Source of the DNA: an uncultured Clostridia bacterium
Lineage (GTDB): Bacteria > Bacillota > Clostridia > TANB77 > CAG-508
Length of the DNA stretch: 64,000 bases
Direction: 5' to 3'
Assembly (NCBI GenBank): GCA_934169575.1
Contig: CAKPOA010000006.1
Location: forward strand, 457 to 64,456
Notes under the pieces: generated by a model
What the model saw: the letters and a program-made list of their open reading frames with translations, nothing else
The model's database searches: none
What the model was told of the DNA's origin: nothing
Shown: positions 54,094-63,856 of the stretch, one piece after another
Position numbering within the stretch: the stretch's first letter is position 1
Layout: each line of letters begins with the position of its first letter
Position numbers and translations under genes: made by a program

Positions 54094-55863
54094 CTATTCA
54101 ATAGCCTTAAAAGGACACTTATATAAACAAGTCCTACATTTAATACATTTCTCTGTATCAATCTTTCTTACCTCTCTATTTTCTCCAATAATAGCACCAA
54201 CAGGACAATTTTTCTGACAAATTCCACATCCTTTGCATTTATTTTCATCAATAGATATTTTGATTAACTCTTTACATTCATTTGCCTCACACTTTTTATT
54301 AACACAATGTTCAATATATTCATTTTTAAAAAATCTCAATGTACTAATCACTGGATTAGGTGCACTTTGCCCAAGACCACAAACACTTGATTTTGCTACA
54401 GTTTCAGCAAGTTTCTCAAGTTTACTTATATCTTCTATTTCACCATTTCCAGATGTTATTTTTTCTAAAATTTCATACATTCTTTTTGTACCAATTCTAC
54501 ATGGATTACATTTTCCACAGCTCTCACTAACTGTAAAACCAAGATAAAATTTAGCTAAATTTACCATACATTTTGAATCATCCATTACAATAAGTCCACC
54601 AGACCCCATCATAGAACCTATTTGTTTTAAAGATTCATAATCAATTGGTGTATCAAGATATTGTTCAGGAATACATCCACCTGATGGCCCACCTGTTTGA
54701 GCAGCTTTAAAATTCCTATTATTAGAAATCCCACCACCTATATCAAAAATAATCTCTCTTAAGGTTGTCCCCATTGGAACTTCTACAAGTCCAATATTTT
54801 TTACATCTCCACCAAGTGCAAAAACTTTTGTTCCTTTAGAAGTTTCTGTTCCTATAGAATTATACCAATCAGCTCCATTTAAAATAATCCTTGTGATATT
54901 TGCAAATGTTTCCACATTATTTATAACTGTTGGGCATTGTAACAAACCTTTATTAGCTGGGAAAGGTGGTTTAAGTCTAGGTTGTCCTCTTTTTCCTTCT
55001 ACAGATTCTAATAATGCAGTTTCTTCTCCACAAACAAAAGCACCTGCACCTAAACGAATTTCTAAATGAAACTCAAACTCAGTTCCAAAGATTTTTTTAT
55101 CCAAAAATCCATTTTCTTTAGCTTGATTAATTGCAATCTGAAATCTATGTACTGCAATTGGATACTCAGCTCTTACATATATATACCCCTTATTCGCACC
55201 TACTGCATATCCAGCAATCATCATTGCTTCAACTACAGAATGTGGATCTCCTTCTAAAATACTTCTATCCATAAAAGCACCTGGATCACCTTCATCTGCA
55301 TTACAAACTACGTATTTTTGTGCACCCTCAGCATTTTTCGTAAAACTCCATTTCTTACCAGTCGGAAATCCTGCTCCACCACGTCCACGTAAACCAGATT
55401 TTGTTATTTCTTCAATAACCTCATCTTGAGTCATTGTTTTTACAACTTTTTCAATTGCTTTATATCCGCCAACTTTAATATAGTCATCTATATTTTCTGG
55501 ATCAATATTTCCACAATTTTTCAACACTATTCTTTTTTGTTTTTTATAAAAATCCAATTCATCTAATTTTGTAACAATATTTCCATCAATATTTTTACAT
55601 AATAATCTTTGAACAATTTCTCCATCTATTATATGTTTTTGAATAATTTCTTCACAATCTTCTACATTTACTTTTGCATAAAAAACATTTTCCGGTTTTA
55701 TAATAACTATTGGGCCTTTTGCACATAATCCAAAACATCCAGTTTGAATAATATTTACATTTAATAATTCTTTTTCTTGTACAATCTCTCTAAATTTTTC
55801 TAAAATTTTATCTGATTTTGATGATGTACAACCTGTACCATGACATACCATTATTTCTTTCAT
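54094..55863 (-). CDS. hydB: NuoF-like flavoprotein subunit HydB of a bifurcating hydrogenase
   Basis: GLRGRGGAGFPTG FMN/NADH motif, CGKCNPCR cluster, and two C-terminal ferredoxin CxxCxxCxxxCP motifs. Confidence 0.9.
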   Translation of the reverse strand: MKEIMVCHGTGCTSSKSDKILEKFREIVQEKELLNVNIIQTGCFGLCAKGPIVIIKPENVFYAKVNVEDCEEIIQKHIIDGEIVQRLLCKNIDGNIVTKLDELDFYKKQKRIVLKNCGNIDPENIDDYIKVGGYKAIEKVVKTMTQDEVIEEITKSGLRGRGGAGFPTGKKWSFTKNAEGAQKYVVCNADEGDPGAFMDRSILEGDPHSVVEAMMIAGYAVGANKGYIYVRAEYPIAVHRFQIAINQAKENGFLDKKIFGTEFEFHLEIRLGAGAFVCGEETALLESVEGKRGQPRLKPPFPANKGLLQCPTVINNVETFANITRIILNGADWYNSIGTETSKGTKVFALGGDVKNIGLVEVPMGTTLREIIFDIGGGISNNRNFKAAQTGGPSGGCIPEQYLDTPIDYESLKQIGSMMGSGGLIVMDDSKCMVNLAKFYLGFTVSESCGKCNPCRIGTKRMYEILEKITSGNGEIEDISKLEKLAETVAKSSVCGLGQSAPNPVISTLRFFKNEYIEHCVNKKCEANECKELIKISIDENKCKGCGICQKNCPVGAIIGENREVRKIDTEKCIKCRTCLYKCPFKAIE

Positions 55864-55875
55864 ACTATCAATCCT

Positions 55876-56361
55876 TTATTTTAATATTTCATCTATTACC
55901 TCATCTAATTTTTGTACTGTTGCATTTCCATAAACTTCTCCATTTACAGTAAATACAGGTGCTAAACCACATGCTCCCACACATCTTGTTTCTTCTAATG
56001 AAAACATACCATCTTTTGTAGTTTCTCCTGGTTCTATTTTTAGCCTTTCTTTTGCTCTATCCATTATTTTTTCAGAACCTTTTACAAAACATGCAGTACC
56101 TAAACATATAGCAATATTATATTTACCTTTAGGTTTTAATGTAAATCTCGAATAAAATGTTATTACACCATATATTTCTGCCATTGAAATTTTTAAATAT
56201 TCTGATATCTTTTTTTGTGATTTTTCTGGTATATATCCATAATACTCTTGTACATTATTTAATATTTGTATTAAATTTTCTTTACTATGACTATATTTTT
56301 TTAATAATTCATCTGTAAATTCTTCTTTATTTTTGCATTCACAATTACAACTATTTTCCAT
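55876..56361 (-). CDS. hydC: NuoE-like 2Fe-2S subunit HydC
   Basis: Thioredoxin-like 2Fe-2S pattern CLGTAC...CVGACGLAP. First gene of the hyd operon. Confidence 0.88.
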   Translation of the reverse strand: MENSCNCECKNKEEFTDELLKKYSHSKENLIQILNNVQEYYGYIPEKSQKKISEYLKISMAEIYGVITFYSRFTLKPKGKYNIAICLGTACFVKGSEKIMDRAKERLKIEPGETTKDGMFSLEETRCVGACGLAPVFTVNGEVYGNATVQKLDEVIDEILK

Positions 56362-56391
56362 CTTTTATTCCTTCCTTTTTCTTTTATACAA

Positions 56392-56420
56392 ATTATATTA
56401 TTTATATTTTTTTCTGTCAA
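56392..56420 (-). promoter_or_regulatory. Sigma-A promoter for hydCBA
   Basis: TTGACA-17 nt-TATAAT on the minus strand, ~30 nt upstream of the hydC ATG. Confidence 0.65.
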
Positions 56421-56431
56421 TAACTTTAATC

Positions 56432-56481
56432 AAAAAACCTTATATAATATTGAAAATAAATCCAATATTATACAAGGTTTT
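56432..56481 (-). terminator. Intrinsic terminator of ssrA
   Basis: On the minus strand, AAAACCTTGTATAATATTG-10 nt-CAATATTATATAAGGTTTT then TTGA. The one G.U pair is valid only on the minus strand. Confidence 0.75.
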
Positions 56482-56488
56482 TATAATA

Positions 56489-56843
56489 TGGTGGAGGTGA
56501 GGAGAGTTGAACTCCTGTCCACTATATAATCCATATAAATTTCTCCGAGTGCAGTTTGTTTTTTATATTCATTTTTTTAACAAGAACAAACACCTTTTAA
56601 AAAAATATATCTTCTAAATACCCTTTACTTCCAAAGAAAAAAAGTAAATTTGTTTTCCCACTAGATGACACCTAATATAAATATGTGGGAATATTTATAC
56701 TGGTGAGCTACTAAGCAGCAGCTAATGCATAATCTTCATTATTTGCATTTATTATTAAATTCGCTTTTTTATAGTGGCCAAAGCGACCATCCACTACTCG
56801 CTAATCATATTTCATATATAATGTCGAAACCAATTACACCCCC
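56489..56843 (-). ncRNA. ssrA: tmRNA (SsrA)
   Basis: 5' GGGGGTGTAATTGGTTTCGAC pairs with the 3' ...CACCTCCACCA tRNA-like end (with a G3.U pair) and the T-arm GGAGTTCAACTCTCC. Tag reading frame GCAAATAATGAAGATTATGCATTAGCTGCTGCTTAG = ANNEDYALAAA*. TTGATA-17-TATAAT promoter upstream. Confidence 0.95.
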
Positions 56844-56925
56844 GCTTCTCTTTATTTATTATATAATATTTTAGCTGAAATATCAATAGATAAATCAGCT
56901 ATTTTAAAAATATTACACACAAAAA

Positions 56926-57870
56926 CTAATTAATAAATAATATCCCCATATATGCTAAATACATAAAAAAATAAATTATTCCATTTGCTCTACTCATTTT
57001 ATTTTTAGGTGGTATAATTGGAAATAATGCTAAAACAATTGTAGCAATAAGTAAAATGCTCAAATCAAGATTATATGAAAAATTATAAGTTATAGGTTGG
57101 ATAACAGATGCAACACCAATTATAAATAACATATTAAAAATATTTGAACCAATAATATTTCCTATTGCAATATCAGAATTTCCTTTTATTGCAGCTGTAA
57201 CACTTGTAACTAATTCAGGTAAACTTGTACCAATAGCAAGAATTGTTAAACTAATTATTTTTTCACTTACATTAAAGAAATTAGCAACTTTAACTGCATT
57301 ATTAACAGCTAAATCTCCACCTATTTTTAATCCGATTACACCTAAAATTATAAATAAAATATCCTTCAAAATATTACCCTTTGGTATTTCACCTTTTTCT
57401 TCACCTGCTGTTTTACTTTCTCTTTTTGCCATAAATATTGTATAACCTATAAATCCAATAAATAAAATTAGTAAAATTATTGCTTCTAACCTTGTTATTT
57501 TTCCACCAGTATTACATAATAATATAAAAATAACTGTAATTGCCAAACACATTGGAATTTCAATAAACATTGTTTCCTTTTTAAATTTTACAGGTTTAAT
57601 TATTGTTGAAATACCTAAAATAAGTAAAAAATTACATAAATTACTTCCAATAACATTCCCTAAAGCCATATCTGAAAATCCATCTAAAGAAGATGTTGTA
57701 CTTACAAAAAGTTCAGGCATTGATGTTCCAATAGATACTATTGTAAGCCCAATTATTATTTCAGGAATGTGAAATCTTTTTGCTACATTACTTGATCCAT
57801 CTACAAGTATATCTGCTCCTACAATTAGTAATGCAAATCCTATTATTATTAAAAAAATTGCTAATACCAT
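56926..57870 (-). CDS. CaCA-family sodium/calcium antiporter (YrbG-like)
   Basis: Two alpha-repeats (GTSMPELF...GNVIGSN and GTSLPELV...GNIIGSN) and ~10 TM segments. Confidence 0.85.
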   Translation of the reverse strand: MVLAIFLIIIGFALLIVGADILVDGSSNVAKRFHIPEIIIGLTIVSIGTSMPELFVSTTSSLDGFSDMALGNVIGSNLCNFLLILGISTIIKPVKFKKETMFIEIPMCLAITVIFILLCNTGGKITRLEAIILLILFIGFIGYTIFMAKRESKTAGEEKGEIPKGNILKDILFIILGVIGLKIGGDLAVNNAVKVANFFNVSEKIISLTILAIGTSLPELVTSVTAAIKGNSDIAIGNIIGSNIFNMLFIIGVASVIQPITYNFSYNLDLSILLIATIVLALFPIIPPKNKMSRANGIIYFFMYLAYMGILFIN

Positions 57871-57907
57871 TTTGAATCCTTTCATTTAATGTGATTATTA
57901 AAATTGC

Positions 57908-58387
57908 TTATAATATTTTATATTGGTTTTTATCAGCTCTTTCATCATATTGTCTCTCATATTTCTTATTTTTAAAAAACCAATCTGTTTTATTATCTGA
58001 ATAATTTTTCTTTTTAGCTCTTTCAATTAGCATATCAAATAATTCAAAAAAGCCTAATAAAATTCCAATTATAGCCACAGCCATGTTTTGAACAACAGCC
58101 ATATCAAATTGCTCACTCATTAGAGCCGGAATGCCTGTCAAAAATATGTATTTTCCAAAATAGAAACCATATCCAACTAGATATATAATTATTCCACTTA
58201 ATTTTCTTTTAAATATTAATATAAAACATAATAAACTTACAAATAGTAAAATTATTTCTAAAGTTTTATTAAATACTATAAATCCTCCAAAAGACTCTCC
58301 ATATTGTCCTGATATTGTTACTGCAATTCTGAATCCCCAGAAAAAAACTAACCAAATAGCTATAAACCAACTCATTAAATTTTTCAA
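57908..58387 (-). CDS. Hypothetical polytopic membrane protein
   Basis: Four hydrophobic segments and a basic C-tail. TTG start 6 nt after GGGGGT. No family recognised. Confidence 0.5.
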   Translation of the reverse strand: MKNLMSWFIAIWLVFFWGFRIAVTISGQYGESFGGFIVFNKTLEIILLFVSLLCFILIFKRKLSGIIIYLVGYGFYFGKYIFLTGIPALMSEQFDMAVVQNMAVAIIGILLGFFELFDMLIERAKKKNYSDNKTDWFFKNKKYERQYDERADKNQYKIL

Positions 58388-58470
58388 TTAAAAACCCCCA
58401 TTTTTATCAAGTATTGAATAAATATATTCCCTCTTACACTAAATAGTGCCTGATACAAGGCACTATTTAA

Positions 58471-58773
58471 TTAATCTTCATCTATAAAATCAAATTCATC
58501 TTTAAATTTGTCTTTGAATATATTAAATACTTCCATTAATATATCTTCATCTTCAACACTTACATATGATTCTTCTTCTGCATCTTCATCTGTATCTTCT
58601 AAACGTAAAATTACAACTTCCCCGTCATCATCTTCTTCGCTATCCATTGGTAATAATACAACATATTCCTCATCATTATATTCAATTAAATCTAAAAATT
58701 CAAATTTAACCTCATTTCCATTTTCATCATTTAAAGTAATTATATTATCTAATTCCTCCATATTTTCATCCAT
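58471..58773 (-). CDS. DUF1292 acidic protein (YrzB-like)
   Basis: LNDENGNEVKFEFLDLIEYNDEEYVVLLP pattern. Conserved position after ruvX. Confidence 0.8.
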   Translation of the reverse strand: MDENMEELDNIITLNDENGNEVKFEFLDLIEYNDEEYVVLLPMDSEEDDDGEVVILRLEDTDEDAEEESYVSVEDEDILMEVFNIFKDKFKDEFDFIDED

Positions 58774-58832
58774 TTTTTAATTTCTCCTTTCATTATTAGA
58801 CTTTGTCTATTTTAAAATTTTAATAACTAAAT

Positions 58833-59255
58833 TTAAGAATTTTTTAATTTGTTAATATATGTTTCTAAAATATATATTGCAGATATAGTATCTACTATAT
58901 TTCTTTTTTTATGTTTATTAACATCTAAAAAATTCATTGTTTTGTGTGCTGCAACAGTTGTTAATCTTTCATCAATATAATCAATTTTTAATTTATTATA
59001 TTTACATTTTAATTTATGATAAAATTTTTCTGTTTTCTCAGTCCTAGGAGATTTAGAACCATCAAGAGAATATGGCATTCCAATTACAATAGTATCAATA
59101 TCATAGATTTCTAAATATTCATCTATCTTTTTTAATATTATTTTATCATTGCCATCTGTTTTTAATGTTTCTAAACCTTGAACTGTTATATTTAATTTAT
59201 CAGTTATTGCAAAACCTGTTCTTGCATCACCATAATCTATTCCTAAGACCCTCAT
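58833..59255 (-). CDS. ruvX: Holliday-junction resolvase-like nuclease RuvX (YqgF)
   Basis: [15 protein letters not shown]-terminus, 140 aa, 4-nt overlap with ireB. Confidence 0.9.
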   Translation of the reverse strand: MRVLGIDYGDARTGFAITDKLNITVQGLETLKTDGNDKIILKKIDEYLEIYDIDTIVIGMPYSLDGSKSPRTEKTEKFYHKLKCKYNKLKIDYIDERLTTVAAHKTMNFLDVNKHKKRNIVDTISAIYILETYINKLKNS

Positions 59256-59512
59256 TTTTCATCTTCTATTCCTATATAATATTTAACAAGTTTTTCTAAA
59301 AGTTCATCTCTTTCAATAGATCTTATTTTATTTCTTGCATCATTGTGACTTGTTATATATGTTGGGTCACCAGATAAAATATATCCTACTAATTGATTTA
59401 TTGGATTATATCCTTTTTCAACTAATGCTTGATATACTTGTTTTAATATTTCTTGTGCATCAATATCTTGATCTCTTTCTAATTTAAAATTCATTGTTTT
59501 ATCAAAATTCAT
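59252..59512 (-). CDS. ireB: IreB-family regulatory phosphoprotein (UPF0297)
   Basis: [28 protein letters not shown] signature. 86 aa. Confidence 0.88.
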   Translation of the reverse strand: MNFDKTMNFKLERDQDIDAQEILKQVYQALVEKGYNPINQLVGYILSGDPTYITSHNDARNKIRSIERDELLEKLVKYYIGIEDEK

Positions 59513-59524
59513 AACTACTCCTCC

Positions 59525-60661
59525 TTAGATATTATTAATCTCATGTTGAGCTACACTTCCATCATCTATGTAATTTTCTAGTTTTCTAAGAACAGCTTCT
59601 ATTCCTGTTCCTTTATAATATGTAGAAATTACAAAATTAAGTGTTGGTGAAACTTCAACTTTTAATTTTTTAACATTTGTTTTCTTTGATTTTCTATTTT
59701 CAATTTCTTCTGTTGTAAAATTTTCATCATCTAAACTTATTTTTAAATTTTCAGTTGATGATTTCAAATCATTTATAAAATCTAGAGCACTATTTGTATC
59801 AACTCCACAAAATACAATTACAAATTTTGGTCCCATATATCTTACAAACAAATATGAATCACTCATACTTTGTTTTATATGTTTACTTATTTCTGTAATT
59901 ACCTTATTTCCAAGTTGTCTTGATATTTTATTAATTTCTTCTATATTTGAAATTTTAAACATACATATAGCAGAATTATCATATTTATCAATGATTTTTT
60001 TGCCATCACCATATAAATATTCTGCAGTATTTAGTCCTGAAAATAAATCTTTTCTAACTATGTTTTCTAAGATTCTTTGATAACTTACAGCTTTTAATAC
60101 TGATATAATATTATCTTTTGCAACTTCAAAAATTGTAATATCTATATTATCAAAATCATGTGGTATTCCACTTTCTATTAGCCAATACCCTATATATACA
60201 TTATCTATATATAATGGACTAAAAATAGCAGATTTTGCTCTTCCAAATTCTTGTTGTTGATATGGTAATTTTTCATTTTCATTATTTACAGTAATGTATT
60301 TTGGGCTTGTTGTTGAAATACTATCTCTAAAAATATCTAAATCTTGAAGATTAGAAAGAGTATCCCAGTGCTTTTTATCTACATTTGTTGCTTTTATAAT
60401 ATAATCAATTCCATCAAATATAACTATTGTAGAATATTTAATTTCATATTTTTCTATTATTACATTATTTATTGCTTTTATTTTATCATCTACAGTCATG
60501 TCATTTCCAGTAATATTTACAAAATCTTGGATAATATTCAAATTTGTAAATTTTTTATCTAAGTTTTTAAAATCTTGAATTTTTTTATTTATTGACATAT
60601 TGTATATAGTTAATATTGCAATAATTAAAACCAATATTATTACTATTATTACTGCCCCCAT
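59525..60661 (-). CDS. Membrane-anchored sensor-like protein with degenerate GGDEF domain
   Basis: N-terminal TM, a GAF-like middle region, and a C-domain with DLFSGLNTAEY...FVRYMGPKFVIVF, where YMGPKF replaces the GGDEF active site. Confidence 0.6.
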   Translation of the reverse strand: MGAVIIVIILVLIIAILTIYNMSINKKIQDFKNLDKKFTNLNIIQDFVNITGNDMTVDDKIKAINNVIIEKYEIKYSTIVIFDGIDYIIKATNVDKKHWDTLSNLQDLDIFRDSISTTSPKYITVNNENEKLPYQQQEFGRAKSAIFSPLYIDNVYIGYWLIESGIPHDFDNIDITIFEVAKDNIISVLKAVSYQRILENIVRKDLFSGLNTAEYLYGDGKKIIDKYDNSAICMFKISNIEEINKISRQLGNKVITEISKHIKQSMSDSYLFVRYMGPKFVIVFCGVDTNSALDFINDLKSSTENLKISLDDENFTTEEIENRKSKKTNVKKLKVEVSPTLNFVISTYYKGTGIEAVLRKLENYIDDGSVAQHEINNI

Positions 60662-60685
60662 AAAGCTACATTACCTCCACTATTT

Positions 60686-63439
60686 TTAATATTTCTTTTT
60701 CATGTTATTTAAAGTATTGTTTACACTATCTGAAAAACCATTATTAGCAAATGTTGTTGCTGAATATTGATAACCTTTTTTAGCCTTTTCTTTTGTCTTT
60801 TTTGCTGGTAATAAAGGATATACTACACAAGCAAGATTTTTCAATATATTTACAAAATCTTTTGGATACCTATCAGTAGATATTTCACATTCAATTAAAC
60901 CTTCCAAATAATTTTGATATACAACTGGATCAAATGGTATATCTATTGGTACAATTGAATTTCTGTCAAATAGCTCTGTCATAAAAGACATTTCTGGATC
61001 ATTATAATATGCCATTCCTCCAACTATTGTTTTTGATGATACTCCTTTTATTTTTACAGTTTTATTTATTATAATTTTTAATTTATGTTCATCAAGCATA
61101 TTTTTAGATTTTAGCTCCCTTAAAAATGCTGTGAAAGGTTGTATTGTAAGGACATCCATACTTTGTATAAGATATAATTCTTGTGCATTTTTAAAATATT
61201 CCATAGGTGTATTAAAATCGCAATCTATTAAAACTGCTGAATGTTGTTTTATAATATTTTCAAGTATTGGACCTACATGAATTATATTATTTTCTTTATT
61301 TGGAAGTTCTGTATAAACTGTTAAATTTTGCTTTACCCTAACACCTTCAGGATTTCCATTAATTAAACTAGGTAAGCTTCTTGCCGCTTTTTGCCTTAAA
61401 TCTTCATCATTTTTTGTATAAATATAATATGCATTTTTATTTTGTGTAGCATCTAAAATTGCTGTATCAATCCCACTATCAGATAAAACTTTAGCAATAT
61501 TATTTACCATAAATGAAGTTCCATTTTTACTTGTCCCAACAAAAACCATAACTTTTTTTGTACTTGACAATAAACTATTATATTCTGAATAATCATAATC
61601 ATCATAATATTTTTGTTCTTCTTCAAGATATTTTTTTCTATTTTGATTAAATCCTGTATTTTCAGTATTATCATGATTTTTTGTTGATGTAGTAGGCACA
61701 TAATCCTCTTCATCTTCATAATCATCTTCAAAACCTGGTAAAGTGTTATTTTGAAAATCCTCTAAGCTATTAGTTTCTTCTGATTTAGCAACTGCCTTAT
61801 TATTATCATTTTGACTTTGTTGAATTGTATTTACATTTTCATCAATATTCTCTTTTTGTTGCTTACTTTTTTCTTCATTTTCAATATCATCATCTTGAAA
61901 TTTAAAATCACCATTTTCTAAATCATCTAATTCAGGTAAATCATCATCAAAATATCCATCATCATCATAATAATCTTCTTCAAAACCAGGTAATCTATTA
62001 TCATCAACATCATCTAATTCATCTAAATCATTTTTAGGTGTGTTTTGTTTTTCGTTTTCAACTTTTTCTTCTACATTTTCTGTAAATTTTTTAGGTTCTA
62101 TTTTTGGTTCAACTTCTGGCTCATCTTCTAAATCTTCAAACCCAGGTAAAATATTATTTTCTTTTTTAGGCTCCTCTACAACTGGTTTTTCTACTTCTTC
62201 AACAGCTTTTTTTGGTCTTCCCCTTTTCTTTGCAGGAGTTTCTTGCAACATTTCTGGTTCTGGATTTTTTCTTGGTCTTCCTCTTTTCTTTTTAGCCACA
62301 GGTTGCTCTACTATTTCTGGCTGAGTTTCTGTTTTCGGAAGATTTTCTTCTTTACTTTCATTTTTTTCTTCTATTTCTTTAATTTTAGGTGTTGTAGATA
62401 TTTCATCTAAGTCATTTTCTAAATCAAATTCATCATAATAACTATCTTCTTTATCTTTTAAATCTATTTTTTCATTTTTAGGTCTTACTTTTCTTGGCTC
62501 TCTTGGTAATTTTTGAATCTTATCTACATCTTTAAAATCATCTTCCATATCAAAATCATCATAATATTCTGGCTTGACTTTAATATTTGCTTTTACTGGT
62601 TCAATTTCTTTTACCAATGTTTTTTCTAATTTTGATGGTACAATTATAGGTCTTCCAACATTTGGTTTTTGATTTAATAATAATTTTTCACTTGTACCTT
62701 CTAATTTTCTGTTTTTAGCATAATTATTTATACTTCTTTTTCCTGATGTTGTTACCAATTTTTGATATTCAGGTGAATTTTCTTCTAATATTACTTTTAC
62801 ATTTGCTGGTAATATAGATATTATTATTTTTAATTGTTTTTCATTATATTGTGATACTATATTTTTAAATCCATCAACATATTTTTGTTCATTTTTACCT
62901 AATTTTTTGAAATAACTTAATATATGTTGCATTTCTTCTTCACTAACATCATCCATTCTTTCAGGTTGATATCCTGCTTCATCTGAATCTATCCTATAAT
63001 ATGCTTTTGCTTCTTTTTTTGAACGTGGCTTTTTTATTAACCTACATACTTCGTCTGTGCTTCTGTCATTTCCTACGATTGCATTATATATTCCTATTCC
63101 AAATAATTTTATCAAAAATTCTTCAGACTTTGTTCTTCTTTCTGAACATATTAAAATTATTGGTATATCATTACTATTTGAATCTGTTGCTTCATCTGTT
63201 ATATTATCTAATTTTTCAAATATAAATTTATCTTTTTGTTCAAAACTTGAACTTGAAAATTCTTCTAAATCCTCATCTATTATTATCCTATTATATGATT
63301 TATCTCTTTGTAGCTCTTTCAAAATTGCATTAAAATAATACACATTTTTATATGATATTATTTCTTTGTATTCCTTTTGATATTTTTTTACTATAGATGA
63401 CGAAATTTTTTCATCATGTACTGCAAACAAAACTTTCAT
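60686..63439 (-). CDS. Receiver-like N-domain + ~450-aa acidic disordered region with two AT-hooks + degenerate ParA/MinD-like C-domain (TadZ/CpaE-like layout)
   Basis: MKVLFAVHDE...IIIDEDLE...IILICSE receiver-like fold. KKKRGRPRK and AKKRGRPKK AT-hooks. Three LPGFE[DE] motifs. C-domain VMVFVGTSKNGTSFMVNNIAKVLSDSGIDTAILD and VLIDCD. Confidence 0.6.
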   Translation of the reverse strand: MKVLFAVHDEKISSSIVKKYQKEYKEIISYKNVYYFNAILKELQRDKSYNRIIIDEDLEEFSSSSFEQKDKFIFEKLDNITDEATDSNSNDIPIILICSERRTKSEEFLIKLFGIGIYNAIVGNDRSTDEVCRLIKKPRSKKEAKAYYRIDSDEAGYQPERMDDVSEEEMQHILSYFKKLGKNEQKYVDGFKNIVSQYNEKQLKIIISILPANVKVILEENSPEYQKLVTTSGKRSINNYAKNRKLEGTSEKLLLNQKPNVGRPIIVPSKLEKTLVKEIEPVKANIKVKPEYYDDFDMEDDFKDVDKIQKLPREPRKVRPKNEKIDLKDKEDSYYDEFDLENDLDEISTTPKIKEIEEKNESKEENLPKTETQPEIVEQPVAKKKRGRPRKNPEPEMLQETPAKKRGRPKKAVEEVEKPVVEEPKKENNILPGFEDLEDEPEVEPKIEPKKFTENVEEKVENEKQNTPKNDLDELDDVDDNRLPGFEEDYYDDDGYFDDDLPELDDLENGDFKFQDDDIENEEKSKQQKENIDENVNTIQQSQNDNNKAVAKSEETNSLEDFQNNTLPGFEDDYEDEEDYVPTTSTKNHDNTENTGFNQNRKKYLEEEQKYYDDYDYSEYNSLLSSTKKVMVFVGTSKNGTSFMVNNIAKVLSDSGIDTAILDATQNKNAYYIYTKNDEDLRQKAARSLPSLINGNPEGVRVKQNLTVYTELPNKENNIIHVGPILENIIKQHSAVLIDCDFNTPMEYFKNAQELYLIQSMDVLTIQPFTAFLRELKSKNMLDEHKLKIIINKTVKIKGVSSKTIVGGMAYYNDPEMSFMTELFDRNSIVPIDIPFDPVVYQNYLEGLIECEISTDRYPKDFVNILKNLACVVYPLLPAKKTKEKAKKGYQYSATTFANNGFSDSVNNTLNNMKKKY

Positions 63440-63445
63440 TTGTTA

Positions 63446-63856
63446 TTACTCCTTCCCTAATTTTATAACTAGCGCAAATATTAATGGTAATACTTGACAA
63501 ATTATAGTTATAGTTATAATCGCTATACTCATTCCTAAACCTTTTTCTGCATTTTCTAAGTTTCTTGTACCTATTATTACTTTATATAATACACTTATTA
63601 CTATTCCTAAAAAGCAAAATGGTATACTATATATTTGTACTACATGTAATATATATGCAGTTAGTCCATATGCATCATTACCATATTTTTCTTTATATTC
63701 CTCCAAACTTTTTGCATGTGATTCTTTTATTTGTAGCAATTGTCCTTGAGATTTTATATCTGTTGCTTCAAGTGCATATACCTCTTTTGGAAATATGCTT
63801 GTTCCAGCTATAAATAATATTATTAAAACACTTATTGTTACTAATATTCTTTTCAT
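63446..63856 (-). CDS. Small membrane protein (signal/anchor + two further TM helices)
   Basis: Start set to ATG 63856 (MKRILVTISVLIILF) behind an AGGAGGG RBS. Stop lies 6 nt before the 917-aa gene start. No family recognised. Confidence 0.5.
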   Translation of the reverse strand: MKRILVTISVLIILFIAGTSIFPKEVYALEATDIKSQGQLLQIKESHAKSLEEYKEKYGNDAYGLTAYILHVVQIYSIPFCFLGIVISVLYKVIIGTRNLENAEKGLGMSIAIITITIICQVLPLIFALVIKLGKE

